Shown: positions 27,042 through 40,758 of the stretch, one piece after another
How positions within the stretch are numbered: position 1 is the first letter of the stretch
Layout: each line of letters opens with the position of its first letter
Source of the DNA: Tubiluchus corallicola
Taxonomy: Eukaryota > Animalia > Priapulida
Assembly: GCA_030141605.1 (NCBI GenBank)
Contig: JAQGDQ010000771.1
Coordinates: forward strand, 34,106 to 98,105
DNA length: 64,000 nucleotides
Direction of reading: 5' to 3'
Notes under the pieces: model-generated
Told to the model about the DNA's origin: nothing
The model's input: the letters and a program-made list of their open reading frames with translations, nothing else
The model's database searches: none
Translations under genes and position numbers: made by a program

Positions 27042-27374
27042 GTCTAAAGGTATGTAAGCAATTTAAAGTTACTGCTAATTTTTGCATTATCACGTTTTCA
27101 CTCAGCTAAACACAAACATTTAATCAGCTAGAATGACAAAATTTCAAAGTGAATTGCAGAAGTTTTGTAATACATGCCTTTGTGCTGTCCAGCAGCTTAC
27201 ATCATTTTTTCAAATATGCCTGCAGTAAGCTTCATTTAGCGAGAGAGAAGAATGATTTAAATTCGTCTGCATTGCATATATTATGTATTAATTTCAACAT
27301 TTTTAAGTGTACATTAAAATACTAAAATATAATGACTGTTGTGTGAGGGTTGGTTTTTCCTTTCAAATAGTAGT

Positions 27375-27615
27375 TTTGTGTGTGTCATGAATGCATTTTG
27401 TGTGTTATTGTGTAAAATAGCAGTTATAGAACAACTAGTCTGATCTGTATGTATCATGAATGCATTTGGTGTATCATTGTGTAAAATAGCAGTTATAGAA
27501 CAACTAGTCTGATCTGTATGTATCATGAATGCATTTTGTGTATCATTGTGTAAAATAGCAGTTATAGAATAACCAGTCTGATCCGTATGTGTCATGTATG
27601 CATTTGGTGTATCAA
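27375..27615. repeat. 69-bp tandem repeat, about 3.4 copies
   Basis: catgaatgcattt recurs at 27386, 27455, 27524, with a variant at 27593. Confidence 0.93.
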
Positions 27616-30600
27616 CAATCTCTAACTCACTGACAAGAATTTTTAGGTAGAGCCTTTTCTAAAACTGATTAGACTTATCACACCAGATGGGGTTAATTCA
27701 TCACAAGTGACTCTACTAAAGTCAGTTAACTTCTCAAAACTACTGTATGTCTTCACAGCAGTCGAAGATAGACAGCCGACATTTTACAGTAAAGACAGGA
27801 CCGACAAGTCTGGCTATCCTCAGAATAACTACATTTATTGGTCAGACAATGCATAAATGATTTCGCTAGAGGTGAAAGGTCACATTTTAAAAGCTTTTGC
27901 ACAATTTTAAAGTGGTAAAAGATAGGTAAATAGTTTGCATTGAGCAATTTGAAATCATATTGATATTTTTGTTACTGTGGAAATTGTAAATGTATAATTT
28001 TAGGTGCTGCCATCTATTAACTAATCCTTTTACATTTTACTAGCTAAACTGACCCCCGGTATAATTGTACGGTGCATTCACTGGATCTCTCCCTATTTTA
28101 CAGTAATGGTTTTTGTGAAGCCAAGTTTGCATAATCACCTATACCTATATATATTGACTGGATTTACTTTCTAGTCACTGTCTAACTCTCACTCTCAATG
28201 CAGTGCAGAAGTCGTGCTACGCACCTGTCTAACTCACACTCTCAATGCAGTGCAGCAGTCATGATACTCATGTCCCTTACTGTCTAACTCTCAGTGATCA
28301 GTGCATGACACTCTTGTTCTCAGTGTTCAGTGTAGCAGTCATTCTACATATGTGTATGTAGTCTAATAAACACTTTTCAGTTTTGTGCAAATATGTAGTA
28401 TAGTGTTTTATTCTTTTACTACAAAGTGTTCAACTACAACCTCAAACATGACTTTCACAGTTAGTAATGCTATATTTTGCATTTTGCCATTTAAGAATTT
28501 TTTGGGCATTGTAATATGAAATCAATCATCTTGCAAGTGATTGGCATAATTGTTATTAACGTGGCATAGTTCTGATTACAATGGATGAGATTTTTTTATA
28601 GCTTCTAATCTCAGACTTTGCATTTGAAACTCAATTACATAAAACTGAGAAGCTTCTTGAGAAAACACTAACCTTGTTATTTGATACTCGATCCGGAGTT
28701 GGCACTGAGAAAATTGCACAAAACGATGCTGACGTTACTTCTGTCTTTGGCCTGCACTGACTGATGCCAGACATTACATTTACGCAGACTGGGTTAACTA
28801 TTTGCAACCACATTCAAAAGAAAGCCAGTTGGACTGCTCACTGATTACAAATCGCCATCCTACAATTAATTATAGCATAATGACATTATGATACAGCTAC
28901 AATTAGACCTGCAAAATTGTTTAGTGTACAAATACTAAAAAAGATTAAAATGCACAAATGGACAGTTCTTGTAAAATTTTCTTACATGTTGCACAGTATT
29001 TTATCGAAATATATCTTCCCAAGAATGACACTGTTTTTATTTAGCAGATACCTAATTTCACTATAATTTTAAGGCCTGACTCATATAAGACCTTACTAGG
29101 CTGACTTGCAAGCTGTTGTATCAGTACGTAAACAGGGATGACTCAGAAAGGATTTTCATAAGTGTTTTGTAAAAAATTTTCTAAGCACTAACAAAAAGTG
29201 AATTATGTTTTTCTATAACACTGTCTGTGTTAGCTAACATCACACAAAGTTTCAGTGCAGTAAATTAAACTTTAATGTGCTGTTTTTAAACGTATCCATT
29301 TCACACGGGGCACCTCACATAAAGAATCATGTACTGATTTAGATAAAATTAGTGGCTGTCAAAAGGTGACCCTGATTATACATGCTTGTAAACGGGAATT
29401 AGTCCCAATTACAACCATGTATAAATGAATGAAATCAGTGATTGAACAGCAATTCAATTAAAAGAGATTAATCAAGAACAAAATGCACGTGTTACAAATA
29501 AATAGAATATTTGCGTCTTTCTTTGTTTTTCTCGCCTTACACAAAGTATACAATTGCGAACCACCGTGTAGGAAACTAGGGGCTTCAATTTCGTTAACAC
29601 GTAATGAAGACATATCGTGAGACTGGAATTTGTAATTATTATTATTTTAAATTTTTATTATTATTTTTTCTTTTCAGTCGAGTAGCAGTCTTTGAATGCT
29701 CACCTTAATACAAAAGGTCTAGGCACTGAACTAAAAATGTGACGAGTGTAGTGACGTAATCATAGAGCAGTTAAAGAAATGAGCGAGCCTATAAAATAGT
29801 TTGAAAGTACGAAAATGGCAGACAGCAACGAAAGCCATTGTATAGTAGCAGAAAAATTCTATTTGTTGTCCATATATTTCAAAAATAGCGTCAGCCAAAG
29901 GCTATTTTCCGACAAATAAAAAGAAACAAAATGAAATAATAAATCTACAATGCACATAGAGCGAAGTACGAGACTGACAAGAATACATACTATACAAAGC
30001 TGTATATATTCATTTAATGTAATGTGACCGCGAATTGCATTAATGTGCCATTACATAAAAAACAAAAATATAAAACTTCTATAATATATTTCATTTCACA
30101 TGGACAGCGCCATAAGAGGGATATTCTACAGAAATATCCTCTGATTCGATGTTATAAACTCAGCGATTCAGTCAATTTTGATAATTATATTGAACTGCTC
30201 ATTGATCAGTATGTTTCCTATTAATTATAGGTAATAATAGTAATGTAAAGCTTTGTAACAATTATTTCTAACACCACTTAGCCATTTTGATAAAATATTA
30301 ATAATATAATTGCAAAGTTCTTTGTAATGCAGCTGTAATCTGTAGTTTTACATGTACATGGTTGCCAATATAATTATGTAATGTCAGCTGCATTTTGCGC
30401 AATAAACTGAAATTGGAATTGAATTGTTACTGGCTTTTTGTCTTAATCAGAAAAATAAACTGGTTGAAAAATAACATATCATTTAGCGAGGAATGTCTGT
30501 GTTTAACACTGATTGGATTATTCTATGTTTCACTCTGTGTGCAATAATAAGGCCATCGGTGGCATATTTTTCAATATCTACTATAATGTTGAGACCCGGA

Positions 30601-32057
30601 AGAAAAGAAGAGGTATCCGTGTCGGAATCATGTTATCGTATTAAACAAAAAATTAAATTAAAATAACAATTATCTTGTCATAATTATCGTTTATCGTACG
30701 GCATGTACTGTATCACATCATATCATATTGCGCTATATCACTATAACGTATTTGAGCAGAAGTTGTATTTCTGTCTGTGATGCATTTTATTGTATCAGAA
30801 AACCATAATCCTGCACAGCAATGGGTCAGAAAATTATCCATCTAGAGTGTGATTCAATAGATAGCATTTTACTGTGGTTTTCCAAAATTTCTAGTGTCTT
30901 CTACTTACCTATTAAGGCGTCACTGTTATTATTCATTACATAAAGCACTGCCCTCAAATCTAGTGTTAGTTCAGTCACCATCCAAACCAAGTCAGTAACC
31001 AGACACCTATCCCGATACATTGCCTCCATGATGTGTGACCCTGTTCTTCTTCAACTGTTCTACGTAATGCTACAGAAAGCTGAGATTATCATGCGTGTTT
31101 TCAATATATGACCAAACTGTGCAATGATCTTATTTAGAGGATTATTTACTTATTCGTTATACCCTTATTTCATTATTTTTCTCAAAACGCAAATCATTAC
31201 TAACTACAATACTTTATTGTCAGCATACATCTGACACTGAACACCTTCCTGTACAAATATATCTTACAACCTCTTAAAACATCTGGTTCCTTTTGTTGCT
31301 CAAATTTTGTACTACTTGTTGATCAGTATAATTATATAATATATTAAACAACAATTTTTGCAGTTCATATAGACAAAAACGAAGTTTAGTTTCAAGAGTA
31401 AGTCTTTTAATTTTTCAAAAAATACATTTGCGAGATTTGTGTAATGAGCTAGTTTCAGTATTTCCTTGCATTGTCATGCGTCAGACATGACATCTGCATA
31501 GCAATTACGAGATTTAAAATGCCATCTTAAAATGTGTTTTTTTAGAACACAGCTTACCTTAAGCCTGCAATTTTATGTAACAGTTTTGTTTGTTCTGATG
31601 ATCGTTTTGTTGATCTGAAAAAATGCATCAGCATTTAAGACAAAAGTCTTCCAAATTAAAGCTTAAATTGTCTGATATGAAGTTAGGTGGGTAATTAAAA
31701 AGAATTGCGTTTCAAAATTGGACAATAATGGTTTGTTAATGCTTTAAGTTCTCAATGTGGAAAGTGGTTCAATGTGGATCTGGTTAGTGTACACAAATTT
31801 CAAAAATAGTTTACCACTATTTTCTCCACAATAGATTGGCGTAAGCTGCTTAAAGTTGTATGACAACAGATTTCATGTATAGTAAAAAAAAATTACGTGT
31901 AAATTGTTTAACTTAAATTTAGAAAGTTGATTTACATTTATATATTTTGTGCAAAAATACGCAATATAGAAATAACATGAAAAATAATCTTAAAGGTATA
32001 AAAGATATAGCCTTACGATTAATTATGATGAGTACAAAATAATAATTATTGGTTCAG

Positions 32058-32129
32058 ACCAGCTCACAATTATACCAGATGACGGTAGAATACTGACCGT
32101 ACAGGCGCAATCAGGCGCTAAATATGTTT
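32058..32129 (+). CDS. Weak candidate 72-nt symmetric (phase 1) exon xQLTIIPDDGRILTVQAQSGAKYV
   Basis: ttcag acceptor, GTAAGT donor, open frame, GC above flanks; poor pyrimidine tract, no recognised homology. Confidence 0.22.
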
Positions 32130-33199
32130 GTAAGTACGAACGAATTAAAATATATTAGCTTGCATATTTTAGTGTTTGTAGTTATATAGGTACTAAAAAC
32201 ATAGCAGTAGCCATGAAATGCCTCATTAATATCAGTCAGATGACTTTCAGAATCAATGGCTAACTGACATGAATTACTCCGCTTAAACAATTTTTAGAAT
32301 ATTTTTGTTCAAGAAGAAACGTATAGGCTAAAAAACCAAGAAACATTGGCAACTATTTTGTATGTGTAATTACCATGCAGCTGCGAAATTCATTGCAAAA
32401 TTAATTTTATACATTAATTTACGTGCTATGAAAATAGTGCGCGGTGTTAGGTTTTAAAATAGTCCGGCTGCAAGAAAGGAGTGAAGTGAAGTAGCTGTTC
32501 TTGTGCAGGTGTGAGGAATTTCTAAATTTTTATAGTGTGTATTTAAACGAAATTCATGAAAGTGGAGACTTAACACTAGGGAATGATTAAGCATATTTAT
32601 TTATTGGTGCTTTGCATCCTCATCGTAGGATATACAGCAGAGGTAAAGGTGAGAAACTGATTACTTTGTATTACCTCCCTGGTATATTAACTCAATAGCT
32701 GGCAAGTTTTGTTAATAGTAAATTCACATTCTTATTGTAGTTTTCGCCCTGTCGATCTGCAGTAATATTCTTAGATTATCAGTAGCATGATTATCTCTCA
32801 TAAGACTTTTCAACATGAGTGGACACTACAGGCTTTCCTGTAACTACCATTTATTCATATAACCACGGTAAAACCACCAGACAGCTAGCGAACAAACTAG
32901 AGATAGCTTTTTCGTTTGCACATGCAACTAGTTAGTATTAAGTCTAAGATGTAAAAAACTATGGGCAATAGCTTCACCAGATACTTCACAAATATTTCCC
33001 CGACATTGGCCACCCTTATTATGTTTCTGCCATTTCTGAATTTACTGCAAAGAAAAATATCAAAAAATCTGTATCTGTAACTACATGGAAAGTATAAGTT
33101 TTTTGACATTGCATTGGATGCTAATTGTTAAAATTAATAATTGATATTTATGTGGCTAGTATAGGTTAGTCGCATTAGGCGACTGTAAATCTTTTTAAT

Positions 33200-33790
33200 T
33201 TTTTAATTTTATTTATTTACATCCATACATGTATTAAAATAGTATAAAAGTAAGAAACCTACAAGAAAGCATGTACAAGAGCATTTACATTAATCTCATA
33301 CATAAAGTGGCACAAAACATAATGCAAGCCAATGTAAGCAATATATTAAAATTGGTTACACTTCATCACAAGTCCACTTTAGAACATAGTTAAATTTAAA
33401 TTATGTACACTGTACTAAACATTATACATACGGTAATATGGTATGGGAAGAACCAATTAGGCCTGTAATAATCTAACTTATATTTCGAATTCATAAACTT
33501 GCTGTACAGTAAATTGACATTAGCTAATCGTTTGCTAAAAATCAGCATACTAGTAATATTAATAATTTTTGGAAGAATCCAGAGCATTCCAGAAATTTAT
33601 AACTCTATTAGAAAATGACTGCCAAAAACGTGGACGACCAAGTGAAGTCACTGAAGTGTTTTGCAAGTTTCAAGTAACTTATGTGCATAATGAAGTTGCT
33701 ACTTTGTTTTTTATAATCTTATGTGCAAGTAAAATACTTATTTTTTCAGATTTTGCTATATCATTATAATACTTGAACAGCTTGTAGTAA
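33200..33790 (-). mobile_element. Degraded CR1 LINE 3' fragment
   Basis: Minus translation FSNRVINFWNAL followed, after a frameshift, by IFSKRLANVNL, matching the CR1 ORF2 C-terminus; AT-rich UTR with AATAAA. Confidence 0.65.
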
Positions 33791-34131
33791 ACTTTGGCAT
33801 GTTTCTCTTAGTATGATGTATGCATATCTTTTTGCGAAAGGATTCCTTACAGTATAATTGTACAGGTTCAGGGGACCTGTTAATTGGAATTATACTGGGT
33901 TCAGATCTAAGCAATACCAGGATTCTCTATCCACAAATGTAAAGTAGAGAAGTTGTTTTGAAACTTTGGAAGACTGAAAGGTGTGAAATATAAAGAAAAA
34001 TATAAAAGATGGTTAATTACCTTAGCTGCTGCTGCTGCTATTGAAATTTACACACGCCAGCTGGTTTCTGAGAAAAATCTGTTTTGGACAGAAATTGCAG
34101 AACTTGTTATCCAATGTCAAGTATACATTAA

Positions 34132-34601
34132 AGTAAAACCGGACCCAATTTTAAATACATAAATGCTGTTGCATACATTTCGCCATACGCTGGTTGTACG
34201 TGCACTTGCCCCTGCATTTCAGAAATGTGTTGCATCAAAAACTGGTGCTGTACCGCTCAGTTCAGATGTGTTAGTCTATGATGAACTACACATGTTCGAC
34301 GGCTCATGCGTGAGCACATCGGTAAATTTGAAACTTGAATTTTTTTCCTAAAACTTGCCTTGTTTTAGTACAACACACTGAATATCTTACAGTAGTACTG
34401 CACCTTTATTTTCACTTGAAATCATAAACACGTGTAACATGCTCGTGGAATATTTTTGTTGTTGAAAATTATGTTAGTTTGTGATGTCGTCAGTAGTTAT
34501 TTAATTATAGGGAATGCTATTGCAGTATTAATGGTGTTAAAATGTAAATATTTTATTTAATTTGAAAATGTGAACATATGTGAAAAATCATCCTGTCTTC
34601 T
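34132..34601 (+). mobile_element. Kolobok-like MITE family K1, copy 1
   Basis: TTAA at both ends; ends agtaaaaccggacc / atcatcctgtcttct; internal similarity to 37858, 55145 and 42828 (reverse). Confidence 0.7.
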
Positions 34602-35899
34602 TTAAAGTCTGATTGGAGTGCTATTATTTTTAACTTTCGTCCTCACTCAGCATGGGGGATGGATTCACAGCCTCAAAATCCATACTGGTATTTTGATAAT
34701 GTATTTCATGGCTTTAATTTTAACTGTTGATATCTCAAGCGCCCGTCAAATATGAACATTTAATAATCGAAAACTCCATAAATTTTATGTAAAATATATA
34801 ATCATGTACGTGACGTGCTGTACAGATCGATAGCAACAAATTTTGGTGCTCATAAAAGTAAGTTATTATAAGTTTTATAGTTTCCAGGTGTTGAAAATTC
34901 ATAATTTATTCTGCCATGCTGTATTTTCGTATAAGTTTACTTAGTCAGCCAGCTTGCCAGATGTTAGCTACACAAATCAAGGGGTGTCCTGTTGTCTAAA
35001 ATTAGTCTTACAGATTAACATACTCGAATCTGTCATAAGTCTCAGTCGGAGAGCAAAATCTCTGCTAGTTCTCTGCTAGAAAAAATTGTAAACGTTTGAC
35101 ACAGCAAGGCTGTGCAAGACTTGAGCCTACGATCAGCCAATTTTTGTGAAACAAATGGAGTGCGAGTCAATACCATTTAGCATTTAATTACAAAGATGTT
35201 GGGAATTGCATTGGAATTTGTAAAGGTGAACGTTTCCCATAAGAAAGTCACGAGAAGTGTTTATCGTTGTCATGGTCCGTTTTTTGTTGTTTGGTCTATG
35301 CAATGCTCTGTAGTATATTCGTGCAAAACTTCTGATTCCTACAATGAAAACAATGGCTTTCTAATCAACGATTATTGTGACAACGACAGTATGACCAAGC
35401 TTTGGGGACCAAGTTTCGTCTCGGATCCTGTTATGTACGTTTGATGCCTTTGCTGTGCTCATGCAAATTCGTAATTAACGTTTTTGCTATACGTGGCCTT
35501 CTGAGTATACTTCAGCCTCTAGTTTTACATTAGCTATCCGTTTTAAAAATGGCATAAACTATTCATTGACAAATATTGAGTTCGCCAAAGTTTTCGCCAA
35601 CTCATTTGAATAGCCCAGCGTGTACTGTATGTGATCGACCTTTTTATGCAGCTGGTGGAAAACCACAACAACACTTCATTCTGTAGAATATATGCGCACC
35701 TGTCTGGAGTGTACATTGCCTAAAATGAAGAAGGGCTGTCACTGTTGCTGTGGACCTGCGGTGTTTTGCAGCGTCTGGTTTAATGTATAAGACGGATCTA
35801 TTTAAATTAAATCGTAGAAGCTAGTTAAGGAAACTGCGAAGATTATTTAGACACTGGTGCCATTGGTAATGCTCATTGCTCTCCTAACAAAATGCATTT

Positions 35900-36325
35900 G
35901 GAAACTCAGCCCCTAAACATTGTTTTTTAACGTGTAGAAACTCAGCCCCTAAACATTATTTTTTGAACGTGTAGAAACTCAGCCCCTAAACATTGTTTTT
36001 TAACGTGTAGAAACTCAGCCCCTAAACATTATTTTTTTTAACGTGTAGAAACTCAGCCCCTAAACATTGTTTTTTAACGTGTAGAAACTCAGCCCCTAAA
36101 CATTATTTTTTGAACGTGTAGAAACTCAGCCCCTAAACATTATTTTTTGAACGTGTAGAAACTCAGCCCCTAAACATTATTTTTTGAACGTGTAGAAACT
36201 CAGCCCCTAAACATTGTTTTTGAACGTGTACAAACTCAGCCCCTAAACATTGTTTTTGAACGTGTACAAACTCAGCCCCTAAACATTGTTTTTGAACGTG
36301 TAGAAACTCAGCGTCCAAACGTTAT
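35900..36325. repeat. 36-38-bp minisatellite (gaaactcagcccctaaacattRtttttt(g)aacgtgta), about 12 copies
   Basis: Tandem units differing in T-run length. Confidence 0.97.
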
Positions 36326-36801
36326 TTTTTGTGTGTGCTCATCCCATTCCTGGAATTTGGTACAGCAAGCTATCTCTAATAAGAGGGCTACTTTCTGCAG
36401 TTTAACAAGTTAAGATTTAGTTTGATTTGCGTTTTAGGCTTTTAACAAATTAATTCAGGGGTCAGGGCAGGTTGCAATTCGCAGTGTATCGCTATCACAT
36501 CCTTCAACCACCGAGGTTTACTATTGACCGTGTGGGCTGGCTCATTGAATAATAGGATTTCTGCAGAAGTTATTCATGTTGTACAGTACACGCAACCTTG
36601 TTTAGCCTAGAGGTCTTTTCTGGCAGAGCTGTAAACCAATCTACCTGAAGAATGCGGCACGGAGCTGTTTACCACCAATCTACCTCACCAGGATCCTATA
36701 TATTAAGCAGGTAAATGAGTGTGTCGCAAATCTGCGTGAATGTATGTCCCAAGGGTCAAACTGGACACGGTCACTACAGTAAGAAGATTACCCAGAATAC
36801 A

Positions 36802-37001
36802 AAAATTAGCTGTATGTGTATGTTCTTTCTTTGTTTGGCGTTTATCTTGGTACGAGAAATGGTACAAATTCTCGAAATTAGCTGTATATGTATGTTCTTT
36901 TTTTGTTTGACGTTTATCTTGGTACGAGAAATGGTACAAATTCTCGAAATTAGCTGTATATGTATGTTTTTTATCGTTTGAAGTTTATCTTGGTACGAGA
37001 A
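36802..37001. repeat. 72-bp tandem repeat, about 2.7 copies
   Basis: aaattagctgtat...tttatcttggtacgagaa repeated. Confidence 0.93.
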
Positions 37002-37857
37002 GTAGCACGACGTGCGTGCATAACTGGCTTTTACTGTAGCGCATACGGTGAAATTTAACTTTTAAAAATTATATTACTTTTGTTGATGCGTTTACTTTCA
37101 TTATCACGCAAACTTTTTTCTTTGGATGCCCCCGGAGTCTTACTCAAAATTGTTGGTTTTTCAACAGTATGTCTGTGTCTTCTGCAAATTTTGCGCAATT
37201 CTTAAAATTTATACCGTTTGCATCCTTTCATTTGGTTTGCCAGCTATTACGTAAATAATGCATTTAACCTCTAATGGCAGAAGTGTGTAGTTGGTATTTG
37301 GATGTGTCCATTGATCGACTCACGTACCATGATCAATGTGATGATGCGTTTCTCCATTTCTTGTAGCCTGTAGATTTATTAACGCAGAACTTTAGCTTGC
37401 ATGATAAATACAAACCGACTTGGTGAATTAGCCGCACGTTTAAAGACGCATCTGTTACAATTTCACTTCAAATTTGTTTGTACATGCATGACCCACAAGC
37501 TGTGTAGTACTTGGTAGGTGGTTATATTATACAACCACATGCATTGTTGAGACTGTTGACCAGTCTGTACTCGGACTTGGTGCAATACGCTTATTAAGAC
37601 GCTGAACGATTACCCAAAAGAAATCTAAAATGGTTTGTATAATCTGGAGAAGATTTTACCTTTGAAAACGTTCATTGCACAGTTTCGTTGTGCGCACACA
37701 CAGTTGTTGCAGGCTAAAGGCTAACTGTACCGCAGCAACGCGTCTTAACTACAACCGTCACGTGACGTTGGTAAAGCAAAGCCGTCTGCTGTATCAGTTT
37801 AGTAAGTCAGTTGTTTTACTCTGTGTTTGTGAGATAACGTAGCAACTGGATGTTTAA

Positions 37858-38424
37858 AGCAAAACCGGACCCAATCTTAAACTATAGGTCAAAACAGTCT
37901 ACACTTTAATATATTGAAAGCAAACACTGTTTTTTCATAAATGACCTATGTGAAAGTATGATTACCACACAAACACACTTTTGTGTTCGCGATACTAGTT
38001 CTTCGCTGTTACATACATTTTGGAAACACTTTGCACAAAAAACAGATGCTCTACCTCGCAGTTCAGAGCTGTTCGTTTGTGAACTGCACACGTTCGACGC
38101 TCATGCGAGGGCACAGCGGTAAATTTGAAATTTGAATTTTTGTCTTAAAGCTTGCCTAGTTTTAGTACAACACACTGAATATCTTGCAGTAGTACAGTAC
38201 TGCGATTTTCGCTTTCGCAAACACGTGCAACACGCTTGTGGAATGCTTGTGCTGTTGCAAATTATATTCGTTTGTGATGTCATCAGTAGTTTGGCGTTAA
38301 CTAAGATTTTAATGTATTATTTCATTTATGAGAAACGTTTTTCCAATATTACTGGTGTTAAGATGCATACTTTTCGTCGTACTTGAAAATTCGGTAGTAT
38401 ATGGAAAATCATCCTGTCTTCTCT
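37858..38424 (+). mobile_element. Kolobok-like MITE family K1, copy 2
   Basis: ttaa|agcaaaaccggacccaatc ... aaaatcatcctgtcttctct|ttaa. Confidence 0.72.
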
Positions 38425-39468
38425 TTAACATAATGATGATAATAAAAAAAATCAGCGTGGGTTCTCTTAGATCCGCGATGCTCGCGGATAAAAATAAAAT
38501 TCAATGCAGTCTTGACAACTGCATCTCCAGTCTAATCTACTTTAGACTACAGCTGCCTGTTAACCATTCTCTCTACAGTCTTGTCACGTGTGGTACGAAA
38601 GACACCGATGAAAGAATGCATTAAGCCATCAAACATGCTGGAAAGGTTATATCAACATAGACATCGGTCATGGCATATTATGAGTAATCCTTATGCTAGT
38701 TTTTCATAATCCCTGTTACCGGGTACAGTAATCTCTCGACTCTCGTCTCGTCGACCTGTTTCAGTTTATTCCCAGTGCGCCCCCAACTGGCGCGAATTCG
38801 CACCACTGTTATGAGAGTGGTGCTTCATTTCACATTTTTTTTTATTAGTCGATTAGTTATTTGTGATAATTTAACTGACGACATACAACCTAAGCAGTAG
38901 ACGAAAAACGCTGATCTCGTGACTTGACTATGAAAGATATCTCCACGTCGAATTCGCGTGAACATGAGTAATAGAATCATTAAAACATTGTACAGCGAGT
39001 GCCTTGAGCTGGCCTATCCTTCTTACATTCCCAATTGCGCATTATGTATACTGAACACATTGCTGTTTTTTTCACTTTAAGTTCCTGTACCAGTATGTGG
39101 GGAGGATTAGCAGGAAATTGGGAGCTTTTGAAAGTCGGTTGGTATAATCATCTCACCCCATGCATCTGTAATGCTGCGTATCCAGAACGGGGCTGGTTTA
39201 GCAGTAAATTCCTCAGTTATTGTCGACAGTTTTTTATTGTTTTAGTTTGGTCAAGTTCAAGATTGAAGTTGTTGTTTCATACATGTTTGCCTAGTGTATC
39301 CACTTAATACTCAGGTCAGCGTTTTAGTAGCAAACTCACTGCTGCACGCGATACAGTAGTAATCTGCGCAGTCATAAACAATAGTACCTTATTGAGCGCT
39401 TTTATCAATATTACGTACATTGCACAGGGGAAATCAAAATGCAAGATACTGAACTAACAGTAAGCGAA

Positions 39469-39770
39469 CAAAATTGGCTAGGGCACAGAGTCATTGCAAT
39501 CCCCCCCCCCCTCCCTCTTCGTTCATTTGTAGAATTTTGTGTGAATTCGGAAGCCCACTTGTATCGCACGGTTTTCATCCAGTTGACAGTCTGTGTTATA
39601 GTAGTCTGCGTAGTCACAAATAAATGTGTTTTCCCGAGCTTTACAAGAGTTACGTTACAAGTGCTGTACAAAATTGGCCAGGACACAAAGTCATTACAAT
39701 GCGCCTTGGTCCATTAACTTGACTGAACTCGGAAGCCCTCGTCTCGCAGGGTTTCATCCAGCTGACTATG
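39469..39770. repeat. Diverged duplication with about 200-bp period
   Basis: caaaattggc..ag..cacaRagtcatt..caat and ggaagccc...tttcatccag.tgac each occur twice. Confidence 0.7.
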
Positions 39771-40494
39771 CAATGCACGGAAATATACAAAGCTGTACGA
39801 GCGTGAAGAACAGTGCTGAGTGGTCCTACCGCTACAAATAAGCCACATCTGGTATCCGAGCAGGGTGCTGTGACACGGAGCAGGAAACGGAGCTTGTGTA
39901 ACAAGCAGGAGCTATTTGGGTTCGCCCTCCTCGTATACTGTACACGTGTGCGTATGTCTTTGGCTCTCAGTTAAGTGCACGATTACTGTAAACAGCCCAA
40001 GTCAGCTGATACGATCTTTCGAATAATCAGTTTGTTCAAGGAGCTGCCTCATACAAAAGCCATTAGTAGTCTCCCCGTGACCTGACCTTGCTGATCAAGA
40101 ATGCTTTGCGGCTTTTAAATGAATGTGTTCAATCATTTATACACTGCAAATAGAGAAGACACCGCGTATTTAATGGGTTAACTGTGTAACTTGGGCTGTT
40201 TAATGGGTGAACAGTTACAAACCGTTCAAGATCGCCTCCTGAATAATTTTACTGTCAGCTGCTCTCGGGTTTCTCATCACGCTGCTCATTTAAATGTACG
40301 GCAAATTACGTAAACGATTTCTTCAGTAATAAATTTTAGCAGATAGCTGCACAAACACTGCCCGTGCTAGTAATATTAATAATCACATCAGATGGTGACA
40401 TCTACTGACGGAGGAAATGTTATAAATAGTTGATGTCCCTTTAAACGTAGAACGTATCTTGAAAATGGAAATGCACGACCTATGCTAGTATTTA

Positions 40495-40525
40495 TTGTTA
40501 TTATTATTATTATTATTATTATGAT

Positions 40526-40564
<39 letters not shown>

Positions 40565-40758
40565 GAGGGGGAGTGGTAGTGGTAGTAGTACCAGTGGTAG
40601 TAGTAGTAGTCGTAGTAGTAGTAGTGGTAGTAGTAGTAGGAGGAGGAGTAGTAGTCGTAGTAGTAGTGGTGGAAGTGGTAGTGGCGGTGGTGGTGGGAGG
40701 GGGAGTAGTAGTAGGGGTAGTGGCAGTGGTAGTGGTAGCAGCAGCAGCAACAGCAGCA
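40495..40758. repeat. Compound (ATT)n/(AGT)n/(GGT)n/(AGC)n microsatellite
   Basis: Directly visible. Confidence 0.97.
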
